Shown: in pieces, positions 1 to 12,165 of the stretch | Position numbering within the stretch: the first letter of the stretch is position 1 | Layout of the letters: each line of letters starts with the position of its first letter | NCBI GenBank assembly: GCA_010093815.1 | Contig: ML996567.1 | Source: Pseudovirgaria hyperparasitica | Taxonomy: Eukaryota | Direction: 5' to 3' (one strand) | Length of the DNA: 64,000 nt | Program-made: the position numbers and the translations under genes | The notes under the pieces: model-generated | Database searches by the model: none | What the model was told of the DNA's origin: nothing | Seen by the model: the letters and a program-made list of their open reading frames with translations, nothing else

Positions 1-230
1 GAGCTCTGCGGAAGTCCTGTCGGTGTGCTAGCGCGAATAGTTCTTTTGGCAGTACGTTTCTCAGATGGAGGAGTGGTGATAAGTTGCTGTGAATGATGAT
101 AGTCTTTGCGCTGGCTAGCTACGCGACTGGAGCGGCGCGGCGAATATGGCTCATAGCTGTCGTATTTCGGTCCGTGGAGAGGTGTAGGCGGTGTGTGAGG
201 CCGCTGCGGCGGCGGCGGAGTGGTCTCCAT
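1..230 (-). CDS. Hypothetical protein, 5' part only (runs off the window)
   Basis: ATG at 230; open frame METTPPPPQRPHTPPTPLHGPKYDSYEPYSPRRSSR... to the window edge; divergent from DUO1. Confidence 0.6.
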   Translation of the reverse strand, partial: METTPPPPQRPHTPPTPLHGPKYDSYEPYSPRRSSRVASQRKDYHHSQQLITTPPSEKRTAKRTIRASTPTGLPQS

Positions 231-810
231 AGAGACAGGTAAGAAGCGAAACGAGGTATTCACTTCACTTGAGACTTTTCAGCCTTAGGTCGCTATCGCA
301 ATTACCCGTCTGGGAAGTTTTCAGGGACTCTTTCTTCAAAATTGCTGAGTGATGTCGCGGTCGCGCGGTAGCAATGACGGGAGTGAGGAGGTAGTAGCGA
401 CAAGGTAAGTTGAATGCGATGAGAAATTTGACCTCCGTAGAGATGTTAAAAGGTTTGTGAGTTGTGCTTGAGGGGGAACGGAAATGGTGTGTTGTGGGAT
501 GCGGGAGGAATGAATCAAAATCAAAGAAGGTTGGGTTCAACTCGGAACGCGGAGGAGGCTGGGGATGGTCCTTGGCGGAGCGCACTGCCTCCAGAGATGT
601 CCGTGCGCGGACACTAATAAACAAACACCACGACGCGTTTCTGGTTTCAGGGTCCAGAGGTGGGTGGTTCGGTCCCCTCCACGAAGTTAACACAATAGGA
701 TTTGCATTGAACAACGACACCAATCTTCATTTTACATCGTTCCAAGGACTAAACTAAGAGCTCTGTCACAGCCCCCCTATTCTAAGTCTCAGTCTCAGCT
801 TGACATAGAC

Positions 811-1570
811 ATGGATTCATTAAACTTCTCCGATACCGAAGACAGCTTCCAGATAGACATAGACACTCCTGGGCGGAACGATCGCGAGATCCCGGATGCA
901 ACGTTGCAGTCTTCCTCATCAAATACCACAGCGCGGCCAGAGTCCCGGTACAGCTCAGAAGAAGCCCGGGAAGCTGCACTTCGGCGCGAGCTCGAGAACG
1001 TGCAAAATGTCAATAAGGCGATCGAAGACGTCGTCGCAAGTCTAGAGAAAGCAAAAGAGAACATGGGTGTAAGTACCCTCACTGACTATATGACCAGTCA
1101 TGCAATATCTGCTAATTGTCTTGTAGACTGTAAATAAAACTGTGACATCAGCTTCTACGTTACTGCAGACTTGGACACGCATTCTTTCCCAGACAGAGCA
1201 TAACCAGCGATTGATCCTAAACCCAACTTGGCATGGGGCAACCCAGGATCTTCAGGACATCGAGTCAGAGGCGGTAGAGAAGCAGCAAGCGGCCGAGCGA
1301 CGCCAGGTAGAGGAGCAGATGAGGAAAGAGGCTGCCGTGCGCAAAGCTGAGGATGACGAGAGGAAGAAAGCCGCTGCTACTATGACACGTGGTACGGGGA
1401 GGGGAAGGGTAACAAGAGGACGCGCCTCCAGCACGACCGCACCAGGAAGAACATACACAGGAGTTGGTGGGCAAGGGGGGCGTGGTTTAAGTAGGACCAA
1501 TTCTACGAGAGGCAGCAGCAGTAGCAGCAGCGGCATTGGCCGAGGAGTCAGAGGCACGAGGAGAACTTGA
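811..1570 (+). CDS. DUO1: DASH/Dam1 complex subunit Duo1 (exons 811-1068, 1127-1570)
   Basis: GTAAGT..GCTAAT..TAG intron joins two ORFs into LRRELENVQNVN..AKENMG|TVNKTVTSASTLLQTWTRILSQTEHNQRLILNPTW, the Duo1 signature. Confidence 0.9.
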
Positions 1571-1762
1571 GGGACGTGGAAAACGCTGATTGGCATTGTG
1601 TGGTGGCTGCAGACCACTGGTATAATGTGCCACTATGGGGCGAATACCCCTGTACAAATGATATTTTGATACCCAAACCAAATTTACGAACTTGAACGAA
1701 GTTCAGTCTCGAACGCCTACTCCAAAAGACCCTCCAGACTCCAAGAAATGATCAAGTAGCCG

Positions 1763-4153
1763 CTAAATGATCTCCAACCCGTCGTCGTCATCATCATCGT
1801 CAGGGGTATTTCCACGACCTCCTAGGCTTTCTCGACCGGGCAATCTTATGCCCTTCTCCTCAAGGATGAACCTGGCCTTCTTCTTGACCGGACTTGACTG
1901 TCGCACCTCCGGCTTTCTAATTGGACTTGGAAGACCGCGTCTATAAGCTCCGCCCCACCCTACAGCTTCACTTCCAGAGTTGAGCACTCGCTTCCGCTTG
2001 TTTGCATGGGCGAGGCTGACGTCACTAGCTTTTCGATTCAGCAGTCCCAGACTTGCTGCGTCTGTCTTCTCCTTTGGTCCATCCCTCGAGCTGTCCGACC
2101 CAGTGTTGGCATTGTATCCAGAAACATCGCCAACTTTCCGGCGCATATACTCCCCCCCAAGACCTGTACCCATCTGTCCAAGCTTTCTTGCTAGTTCCCG
2201 CTCCTTTTCTTTGTCTGCGAATCGCTTCCTAGACTGTTCAGCGCGAGAAAGCGTTCTCTCGATGCCGCCCCCGAAATCCATATCTTCGTCATCGAGAATT
2301 TTAGCCGCACTGGGCGCAATGTATACCGTTTCGTGTATACTACGATCTCTAAACATGCCTTCTCTTTTAAGCTCGTCGCTTCGTTTCGTGCCGGCTGCGC
2401 CCTTTCGGAGACCGAACATGCCAGACCCACCACCAGACCGAGATCCAAATCCAGTCATCGTGTTGACCTCCATGCGCCCACTTTTCGTCTTTTCAATGGC
2501 GAGACTGACATGAAATTCGCAAACCTTCGTCTTGCGGAGATCCACCCAGGAGCCGCATTGCTTGCCGTCTTTCTTGACTGCGTTGCAAAACCCCAGATCA
2601 CGCGCAGATCCAATCTCAATGACACTGTCCTCGCTACTTGATAGCTTCAAGGAAAAGTTCCCAGTATCCTTATTCTTCGGCGGCATGATTCCCGGATTCA
2701 GTATTGCAACCACTGTGCCCACTGTCAACTTCCAGAATTCCGAGAACCCAGTTGCAAATAAATACATGTCCAATTCCCAGTGGAGATCTGAAAGCCGCAG
2801 TACCATAAATTTGGCTCGCCCTGCAGCTTGATCATCTTCGGCTTCCTCGTCCGGGTCGCCATTCGAGGTCTTCTGGTATTTCTTCTTATGGTTTAGAGGT
2901 GTTGATTTAGATGCAATGATCCCGAGAACAACGTAGTCTGCTTCAACGTCCGGAGGATCATAGTGGGGCGATTTAACTTCCTTCAGTAGTTGGGGAATAG
3001 TGTATACTGTCTTTCCATCTAGATGTCGTGTCAATGTTGTATGTGGAACAATGCGCTTTGAGAGATGGATGCCAGAAAACGATTCAAAGAGTGATGGATC
3101 TATCGAAACAGCTGAATCCGGTTCTGTCTCGTATTGAGTGGTCGGGGAGGTGGCTCGAGATCTGAAGGATCTAAGATTGTTTTCGGAAGATCTAGACGCC
3201 AATGAACGCTGCGATGACATGGATGTTTCAGAACGGCCTGTAAGCGTCGTTGATATGGATGGGGAGGAAGTGTGAAAAGATGCATCTTTATTTTGACGAG
3301 ACAGTGCATCAGATGACTTAGTGAAGCCTTGCCGCAGATTCGGTTGTTGTCCTTGACTGTGCATTGATTGCTGCGAAGAAGTACGCATATCGCTGACGCC
3401 GTGCTGGTCCTTTTTGTTGAACCCAAAGCCACTGCTCCTGGACTTTAAAACACGTTCCTGTTTTTCATTGCGTTCGCGTTCTGCGTCTCTGATCTGGATC
3501 AACTTCTCGCTAAAGCTTTTGCCTCTGGGCGCCGCATGACCATCCCCGCCCTGTTGTGACGTGGGCCTGGGGTTTAATTTCAGGTCGGCCCGAGTCTTCT
3601 CCAGCCTGGTAGAGAAGCTCGCGGCCCGCTTCAAGGACACATCTTGTGCTCTTAGGCCTTTGTCGATCCCTAAGAGCACGCGTGCTGGTGAAGGGGGAAG
3701 CTTTGGAGCTCTCTTATCATGTGTAGGAGATACGGGTATCTGGACAGTGAACGCCGGCGACTGGGCTCTCCTCGAGTGTGTAGACGTTCTAGTCTGTTCT
3801 GTGTCAGAGCTTCCTTGGGCGGCCTTTCGAGCCTTTGCCTGTTGCAATTTTTTTAGCTTCAACTGTGCTTGGATTTCTTGTAGCTTGAGCTGTAGCGTCT
3901 CCTCATCATCTTCGTCTTCATCCTCGGACATAGCTTTGTGTAATGCATTGAGTCGAGATGTAGGCTGCGGTCGCTTCGTTGGGGATGGTGATGCGTCGCG
4001 ATTTAGTCGGCTTTCGAGTCTCTTTCGCCCGCTCGGGGACGTCAACAATGCCTCGTGTGGAGACCTTGGCGGCCAATTTCTCTGCCTTTCCGGTACTTGT
4101 TAATGCGTCAGTCTTTTGCCCTCGTTTCCATTGACCACCTTACCTCGAGACAT
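1763..4153 (-). CDS. MCM10: Replication initiation factor Mcm10 (short exon 4144-4153, then long exon)
   Basis: OB-fold region (DYVVLGIIASKS..LTVGTVVAILNP) followed by the zinc finger DLGFCNAVKKDGKQCGSWVDLRKTKVCEFH; ATGTCTCGAG|gtaag first exon. Confidence 0.9.
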
Positions 4154-4196
4154 TGAATATCTAGGGGCCAAAGAGCCGGATGACGTTATTCGAACG

Positions 4197-4411
4197 ACGC
4201 GCCCTAGATGCTGATCGTGACAACGAGTACTGGTCCATCACGATAGTGAAGGCTAGAATGTACAAGGTTCGCCGTGCCACATCCAGGTTGTTCACATATC
4301 CGAAACGGCTTAAAGAATGCGCACTGTCCAATCGACGGTCGTTAATGCTTGGGTTCTCGTCGCGTGAGTGAGCTACGCCAAGACATAAACGACGCGTCGC
4401 CTAGCGCGAAA
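4197..4411. promoter_or_regulatory. MCB/SCB-like elements in the MCM10 / RNase H2B divergent promoter
   Basis: ACGCG 4197-4201, CGCGT 4361-4365, ACGCGT 4392-4397 and CGCGAAA 4405-4411 within a ~330 bp intergenic region. Confidence 0.5.
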
Positions 4412-4486
4412 CGACCGGGCGTTGATTGTGCTTGGATACATCCATTCGTGATCTCTCCCAAAAAGGTTCGTACAGCAATTGATACC

Positions 4487-5845
4487 ATGAAAACACGCTC
4501 AAAGCCCCCAAAGTCCTCAACTTCTAAGGAGGTAGAGGCGACCACACAGCAAACAACCGCATCCTTACCAGCGTGCGTCGATAATCCGCCTATACCTTTC
4601 GTTCTGCCAGAAGGTCTCTCCGAGAATGCGCGCATAGTCACCCTGGCAAATCCAGCTACTACGTCTCCCAACCGCTATCTTTTCTGCCCAAGCAAAGGTT
4701 TCTATGAGTTCACAAGGATCGCTGCACCGAAGAGGTTACCGAGGAGCTGGCTCTTCAGTCCATCGCAAAATGGTCCCGTGGACGTAGCGAGTGTAGAGGG
4801 AGACTGTATAAAAACGAGTAAAGATGAGGATACAGGAAAGCCTGTGCCATTTTCGGATGGTTACGTGACTTCAGCACCCGACTTGATGATAGCAACCCAT
4901 ATGGATCCGTTATTCCTCTTACTTCCAGTTCTGGCGCCTTCCGCGAAAGTCAAAGCACCTCAGAAACAAATGTTCTTATCCTTAGACGACCATCTCGAGA
5001 AACTCAGCGATTCGTCTCGGCACCTCAAATTCTTGTTGAATAACGTAAAAGCAAGGGAAATTCTAGAGAAGCGGATGGCTGCTGTATGCGACGATGTTGA
5101 TGCAGGTGGTGAGCAAATGTATAGATTATCAGACGAAAAGTTGGTTCAAGAGCTACTGTCCAAGGCAAAGAGGATGACGGATAATGGCCTTCCCGCGTCC
5201 TTGGAGGAGAAATACGTTCGCCTTGTATTGCAGATACCGGTCCTCAGTGTTAAGCGAGAGGACAGCTCTACGAGCGTAGAAGTATCACAAGCAGACAACC
5301 TTATTGATACGGAGGGCACGCGGACGCCTTCCGACACCAGTGCAGAATCACAACTGTCGACCGATTCTGCGCTCAGCACAGAAACCGTAGCGACCTCTGT
5401 GTCAATCAGCACTGCGACGTCCGCATCCAAGACCCCACTTATCGAAGCCCCCGAAGGTATACCCGATCTCCTGCGCCTTAAAACAGCATTCTCCTTTATC
5501 CTCTCATCCTATGTCCCATGTCATCTCCATCCTACTCTCACATCCCACCTCTCGAGCCAGAAGGCTATCGACTTCAGCCCCCTCGATGCGCATCTAGCTC
5601 ACATCGCCAGCTTGCGCGAGAAGGCCCAAGCCCTGCGCTCCATCACCGATAACATCAGCCGTAAGCGCGCAGCGGACGACGATGATGAGGCCGCGGCGTT
5701 GCGCGCTGAGAAAAAATTGAAAAAGGAAGAAGAAGAACGAAAAAAGAAGTCCGAGAGCCGGGGTGTGAGAGACCTGAAGAAGGTGAATACAGCTGGGATG
5801 AAGAAACTGAGTTCGTTCTTCACGAAGGCCCCGGCAAAGAAGTGA
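4487..5845 (+). CDS. RNH202: Ribonuclease H2 subunit B (Ydr279/Rnh202 family)
   Basis: GFYEFT..PRSWL, IATHMDPLFLLLP, YRLSDEKL and a C-terminal KKVNTAGMKKLSSFF PIP-box-like tail; first ATG at 4487. Confidence 0.85.
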   Translation: MKTRSKPPKSSTSKEVEATTQQTTASLPACVDNPPIPFVLPEGLSENARIVTLANPATTSPNRYLFCPSKGFYEFTRIAAPKRLPRSWLFSPSQNGPVDVASVEGDCIKTSKDEDTGKPVPFSDGYVTSAPDLMIATHMDPLFLLLPVLAPSAKVKAPQKQMFLSLDDHLEKLSDSSRHLKFLLNNVKAREILEKRMAAVCDDVDAGGEQMYRLSDEKLVQELLSKAKRMTDNGLPASLEEKYVRLVLQIPVLSVKREDSSTSVEVSQADNLIDTEGTRTPSDTSAESQLSTDSALSTETVATSVSISTATSASKTPLIEAPEGIPDLLRLKTAFSFILSSYVPCHLHPTLTSHLSSQKAIDFSPLDAHLAHIASLREKAQALRSITDNISRKRAADDDDEAAALRAEKKLKKEEEERKKKSESRGVRDLKKVNTAGMKKLSSFFTKAPAKK

Positions 5846-7632
5846 ATGGTCGAGTGATGTTTATTGCTCCGGGTACATGGGATACTTTAGTGCACTCCTC
5901 ACTCGTACATTGATGGTATGAGGCCTGCCCGACGGGAACCTAAACCACCCACGAGCTGCTCTGAGAGACACTAATTGCACGGATACACCACAGACCCGAC
6001 TTGCCACCATGTTAGTCCCTATCAGGTTCATGGACGCCTCCGTGGGCAAATATTACATAACGATCTGTCTCGGATCATGTGATCCAGTAGCAATCGCGTC
6101 AGAATCGCTCTGGCAGCCAGTGACCCTTTTACGAGCTCCAACTAGACTATTCTATCTCGAGAGTTCGAAGCGGACTTCAATCAACAAGACCGTCGTCTGT
6201 GGCCGATTGCGAGATGAACAACAATTCAACAACGGATTTTGGATCTTTGCACAAAATTTGAACAGCACTGAGACTTTTGCGCATATCCATGGAAGTGCTC
6301 CGGCTCCTACGTGAGAATAACATCCCATATCAACCTGTCGACGAACGGATGTGGCGAATGAACATGCCCTAGGTGCCAGGAGGGAGCGATGGTAAAGGGT
6401 CAACTCCGACCGCATCTGGTGTAATGCGCATCGAAGAACTTTCGAACCGATCAACCAACGGTCGAAGGTATGGATTCGATAACAACAGACAGGAGAAGGA
6501 AAGCCCGTATTCTTGTCTAAGCATTCAACTGGTTCTCAAAAAAGATTTCGGCGGGTCGTAAAAGGATCCGAGCGCGGAAGTGCCGTCATATTTGAAGGAT
6601 CGATTATATCGCACGCTCTTGTGAAATGGTAATCGTTTGTCATCACTCGAGGTTCGCTTGCAGATTTCTGTGACGTCTCACTGCACATTGTATCCAATCG
6701 TTCACTATATTCTAGATTTCTGTCTGAGCTTTGGTACATAGGCACAGTAGCATCTCGTTTCCAATTAATGCAAGACGATTTCGGGTCTCTGCCCTCTAGC
6801 TTCTCGAAAAGTGCGCGAGGATGGGCTTACGCTCAAAAATGGAGAGACACAGTAGCACCCACTTTCCGACTGCCTTGCATGTGTGCCGTCGGTCCCTTGA
6901 AAAGATGAGCGCGTAAGTGGGCCTGTCTCTCGTGTTGGAGAGGCATAGTTGTCCCGATTACCGGAAGAAATCCAACGCATTTTGAGGCTTCTTGCAACGC
7001 GTAGACAATCCGCGCAGCTCTGATACTTGAGGCTCCAGTTTCACGATCATAGAGGCGGATAGAAACTTGCATCTCCTCTCACTTTAGACAGATTGACAAA
7101 GAGGCACTGCAATGTACTTCTGTAGAATAGAAAGGAGGCAAAGGAACACACTATGTGTGGATTCTGCGAGCCGGTTTCGAATTCAAGTGAAAAATTCGAC
7201 TCGGGTTTTCCAGAGGGTTTGCAAGATCTCGAATATATGGACTCGCATAAAGTGCACAATCCAACGCTGGCCGAGCTCACAGTCAATAATCCGGTCTTGC
7301 TATCTTTATGCGCACTAAGCTGATCATGGCCGGGTGCTTCATTGCTACTAGCTCAACGGGAGGGGGGAGTCGCGCCGGCGCCAAAAGCTTTAGCAACGGA
7401 AGCATAAGGCTTTTAGAGGCCGAGATCTCTGGTATGGAGTGGAAGTACAGCTACCCTCGGACTCGCAGTCGGGGAAGTTCTATACGTTGTACAGGGCATG
7501 GGATCGGCTGTCCAGGTCTGGTGACCTCGAAATTCATACTACTTGTATTGATGTCATGGGATGAGACGACATGGTCTAGCAGGAGAGGGGTAGGCTGAAA
7601 TATTGACCGTGCCCAGGATTTCCTAGGCAGAT

Positions 7633-9018
7633 TCAACGCATTGGTCGTTTTTCTTCTGTTCTCACGGGCATTCCAGTGTTTCTGCGCTTCCGAGCTCTTA
7701 TGGCTGGGGAACCCTCTCGATTTTGTGAATGGTTACTAGAAGGGGTTGAAATTTCAGTATCAGGGATGGTAGTCCCTTCGGTCAACTGAGAAATTTCGCG
7801 TTGTGTATCCTCCGGAGCTCTGCACAAGTCAGAATCACGGTACCTCTTCCGTCCTCGAGATGGCGTGCGAGACAATCCATTTGGTGACGGGCTGTGAAAA
7901 TTGTCGTCGTCATCAACATCTCCCTCGGTCCGTGATCTTTTCGTTGGGCTTTTACTGGAACGCTTATTGGACGAACTTCGGGGCTTTCTAGGAGGCAGAG
8001 ACACGTCCGCCTCCTCAAGCTTCATAGTTTGTAGATTCCACTTCCATGCAGTTCTTCCGAGACCATCGTGTTTGAAGAACGTTGCAAGACTGAATACTTT
8101 GATGGCGTATGCGGCGAAAAGATATTGAACACTAATTCCAGAAATCCGGTGCAATGATGTATTCTGATATAATGTCGTTAACTCGCCGGCAGTATCGGGT
8201 CGTATAACATGTAAAACGAGTGACAGGGCTGATGTCGATTGAGAAGGAGATTGATAGATGGGCACTTCCCCGTCGTTGATTGGTGCATGTATGTGTTTGG
8301 GCAAGATGGTCATTTTATCCGAGTCAAGAAGAGTATGGATGTCTGCACGAAGTACGACGACGTTGGCAGGAGAGTTGATGCACAGTTCATTAGCATCAGC
8401 TTCTGCTAGCTTGTATACTTCCATGTTGTTTCTGTCAAACCACTCCAGCAGTCTGCTGTGTATCAAGTGAGATTTCTGTGTTCCCATTTGGTGGCCCGTT
8501 ACTCTACAGCTGATATCTCGATTGAAAACGGAACGCAAGTCGTCATACCGGCCATGCGCGCGATCCGGCTGAGGGGGTATGTAGAGGGACTTCCAATAAT
8601 GTGGCAAACGATCATGAGGAAAGGGCCAGTCGTCAAAAGTTAGAACTATCGGATACATTTCTATATTTCTCAGTGATGGACTTGCCCTGCGAAGTAATTA
8701 CATGCCTTTGTGTGTTACATGGAAGTAATATCGCTCCAAGGTCAGCAGATGCTCTGGGTCATGAGGAACGCGGGTACCATTTGGCTCATTTTCCGTGAAG
8801 AAAGTATCGATGAACTCGTTGCCGGCTAGTATACCGCAAGCCAGACGCGCAGTCTCTAAATGGATGCCAAACGCGCCGTTGTTGCTTTTATCAACTGCGG
8901 GTAGCACGATGAGCGTGTTTCTGGGATAGCAGTAGCCAGGGTGACAGAAATAAACTTTCTTTGGTGATGGAGATTCCCTAAATGAAGCACTGCTCTGTGC
9001 GACACGATATTGAATCAT
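7633..9018 (-). CDS. HNH endonuclease-domain protein (fungal HNH_2 type); exons 8706-9018 and 7633-8660
   Basis: RDISCRVTG..KSHLI..WFDRNNM..INSPANVVVLRADIHTLLD motif; basic, NLS-like C-terminal tail; in-frame join via a GC-AG intron. Confidence 0.75.
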
Positions 9019-9536
9019 GATGAGGGGGGTGGGATGATCAAGACGGTCAAGACGGTCAAGTCCTTCGCAAGGCAGTTCGCGAAGGATGGTGTTGAGGCAG
9101 AAAGTTCACCGCCTGGCAGAACCGAGGCCTAATTTGTGAGGCCTCAGGCAAAGACGGTGGCCACGACGAATGCATTTCCAACAGCAACACCACAATCAGT
9201 CTTCAACTTTAGTATTCGAGTTGCGTTTCACTTAAAACTTCTTCCCTCAGCTACTTGGGCCAATTCTGGCCTAGACTTTGTGGATGTACATTATAAATAG
9301 CTAGAGCCACGTTTTTTCAACTGACTTGCCATTTGCGAGCCGAGCAGGACAAGATTGCTCTCCTCTATCGGAACACCCACATGGTCTACACGGCGGGATG
9401 GTTTTTGATGGCTCTCGTGCAAGCGCTTTTTCGCGTGCTTTCTGCCACTGTGTGGTGGGTTTGGGGCGAGAATAGTTTAGGATGTTGGTCGTTGGGATGC
9501 TGTATTTTGGGGAGGTGGGACTTTCATTGTGATTAC

Positions 9537-10500
9537 CTAGATACTACCAAGTGCTTTGCCCCCGGATATCTCATCAATCTTCATTGCGTCTTTTAGTCCA
9601 CATAGCTCAGACAATCCCCGTGGGCCTTTTTCGCCATAGTTCACTTTGCCATCCGATTTCAGCGCTTTCAGGGCCTCTGTTGACGCCTTCTGTGATGCTT
9701 CAAGTAGCATGAGTGGTACAATCGTCATCCTGAAGCCGAGGTCCTGTGCCTGTCTCATCGACCAGTTCGGCGTCAGTCCGCCCGGCACGAGGTTCAGCAG
9801 CATAGGCGTCTCGCCCATGATCTCACAGACCGCTGTCGCCTGCGCTTCATTCCTGATGCCTTCAAGAAACGCCACATCTGCACCCGCACCGATTGCAGCA
9901 CGCAGCCGCTCGATCGCTTCATCAAAGCCTGGCCCGGCAAGCGCGTCGGTGCGGGCAATGATGATGATATCGCTCTGCGCTCTCGTGCGCGCTTCGACGG
10001 CGGCCTTGATCCGGCTCACGAATTCTTCCTTCGTGACGAGCTCCTTGCCTAGCAGATGGCCGCAGCGCTTCGTCTGGACTTGGTCCTCGAGATGGAATGC
10101 AGCAACGCCGGCTTGGATGTACTGGCTGACGGTCCGCGCGACGGCGATAGGGCCGCCGTAGCCGGTATCTGCGTCGGCGATGAGGGGGATCGAGGGATCG
10201 AGGTTGGCGATGAGAGAGGCATTCGCAATCATGTCAGATGCGGTTGCAAGGCCCAAGTCGGGCCAGCCGATGCGCGAGAGGGAAGTGCCACTGGGGCCAG
10301 GAGGGTTAGTTCTCATCGTTCGACAGGATGAGGTCTGTCACGTACAAACCAGTCATGTACAAAGCGTCGAAACCGACGTTGAGAGCTAGACGAGCTGTGA
10401 AACCATCGTATACCCCTGGTGCTACGACCATCCTGCTCTTATCGTTTAATAGTTCCCGGAGGCGCGTGGAGGCACGCACTGTTGGAGCTTGCGATGCCAT
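9537..10500 (-). CDS. Isocitrate lyase/PEP mutase family C-C lyase (oxaloacetate hydrolase / dimethylmalate lyase-like); intron 10291-10345
   Basis: APGVYDG, YMTGFGTS, IADADTGYGG, HLEDQ..KRCGH catalytic loop, IIARTDA. Confidence 0.88.
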
Positions 10501-11854
10501 GCTTCTAAATGAGTTTGACAGTCTTGATATGAAGATATACTGTTCTCACGAGTCTTGATATATTTACCAAGGTCATTTCTACTATAATGCTTTGTGCGGG
10601 CTTGTCAGAAGTGACGTGCTGTGGCAAGTCAGCTCTACCGAGCTTGGTCTCAAACCTTGGAGCTTTTGATGGAGCTCCAGCTGCTGCATGTCCCGATATC
10701 GGATCATGACGAGGTTCATATGGCGTTGTCAATATGGAACCTGTACATCATGTTGTCCTGCACGATCTCTAGCTTTAGTGATCGGACGCGTGATGGAACG
10801 TTCATTAGGATTGTTTGGGACAAGACTCAAGAGTGAACAGCACGGTTCATTGGCGGTGTTAGCTGCCTCAGGCACGAATTCCAACCCGATTAGACAAGGT
10901 GCAGATGGGTTTACGCTGGCTCCTGTTCATTGCACCTTGTAAACCAAGACAAAAGCAAAGATGCGTGAGTAGATAGTATCAACAAATACGTCAGCTGCGC
11001 ACCTCGTATTTCAACCTCGCCAAACGACTGATGGCTGTCCACCGCACTAACGACGCATATCAAACGCCTTTCGTACTGAGGGCGCGTGTCGGCCCGGCAA
11101 ACACGAGCCACGACGCCACCATTTGGCATTACCACAACTGCTCCAGTCAAGTAATTTTCCTATGAGCGGCAGCAGTCAGCCAGGATCCGGGGGTGTGCCG
11201 AATGCGACCGAATCCTCCGAGTCAAGCCCAAAGTCCGTCCTAGCGGCCTCCGGACGGACCGCTCGCGTACAATCAAGGTTTATTTCGACGACATGACATG
11301 ACATGGCATGGGAAACACGCTCTTCAGCTATCCACGGTCAAGCATGGCACTCCGGCGAACGCGTTCTAGACGGATGCGAGTGCTGGGTTCGAGTGTAAGC
11401 GAGGATGAGCATGTCGCAAGGATGCGCGGGCGTGCCGAATCTGATGCCCTGGTCGTGCTGGATATGGACTGATTCAGGATAGTCAGGGTCGAGGATGGAT
11501 GCGGATATGGCTGCAAGTCATGGCGTGTCCATCGTATTGGCAATTGCCTACCGATATGGTGGCGCTGTCTCGTTACGGGCGAGTCAGGGGTTCAGGGAGT
11601 GGATACGGCAGGGCTGAATCGCGTGCTGTATACGGTTTCCTGTCACGCTGTAAGCGGCTTGCTTGTCTGCTTTCGCGAACGACCGGTTACCTGGTTTGTC
11701 CAATATGGCGTTCCCGGTTTGGGTGCCGCTCGTTTGGGAATCCTCTGCTGATGCAGGATGCATGTTCTCCACTGTAGATACACAGCACTACACGTCAGAC
11801 AGCCCTGTGGAGCGGCTGACAAGTCCCAGCCTTGCCAAACGCCTCTCAATATCC

Positions 11855-12165
11855 TTCGACCACATACAGAAGATTCTAGCGAGCATCATAGTCCCAAAAT
11901 CTCCACACCATGTCTCCACCATGGTCCCGCCAGAGAGGACAGACTAATGGCACCGAGTCGTAAACCACATAGACAATCAAACAAGATCCGCAAATGCAAT
12001 CCCCATCTACCTATCCCTCCACCTTTCGACCACATACAGAATGTTCTAGCGAGCATGATAATCCCAAAACTCTCCACTCCCCGTCTCCACTCCCCACCAT
12101 AGTCTCGCCCCAGACAAACAAGAACACCGAATCATGAACCGTGTAGACAATCAACCAAAATCCCA
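11855..12165. repeat. Diverged ~170 bp tandem duplication
   Basis: TTCGACCACATACAGAA..TTCTAGCGAGCAT at 11855 and 12025; shared CACCGA..TAGACAATCAA block further into both copies. Confidence 0.75.

Noticed and set aside
6948..7023. F-box-like LSRLPEEIQRIL fragment
   Set aside because: Too short, bounded by stops, no supporting gene structure
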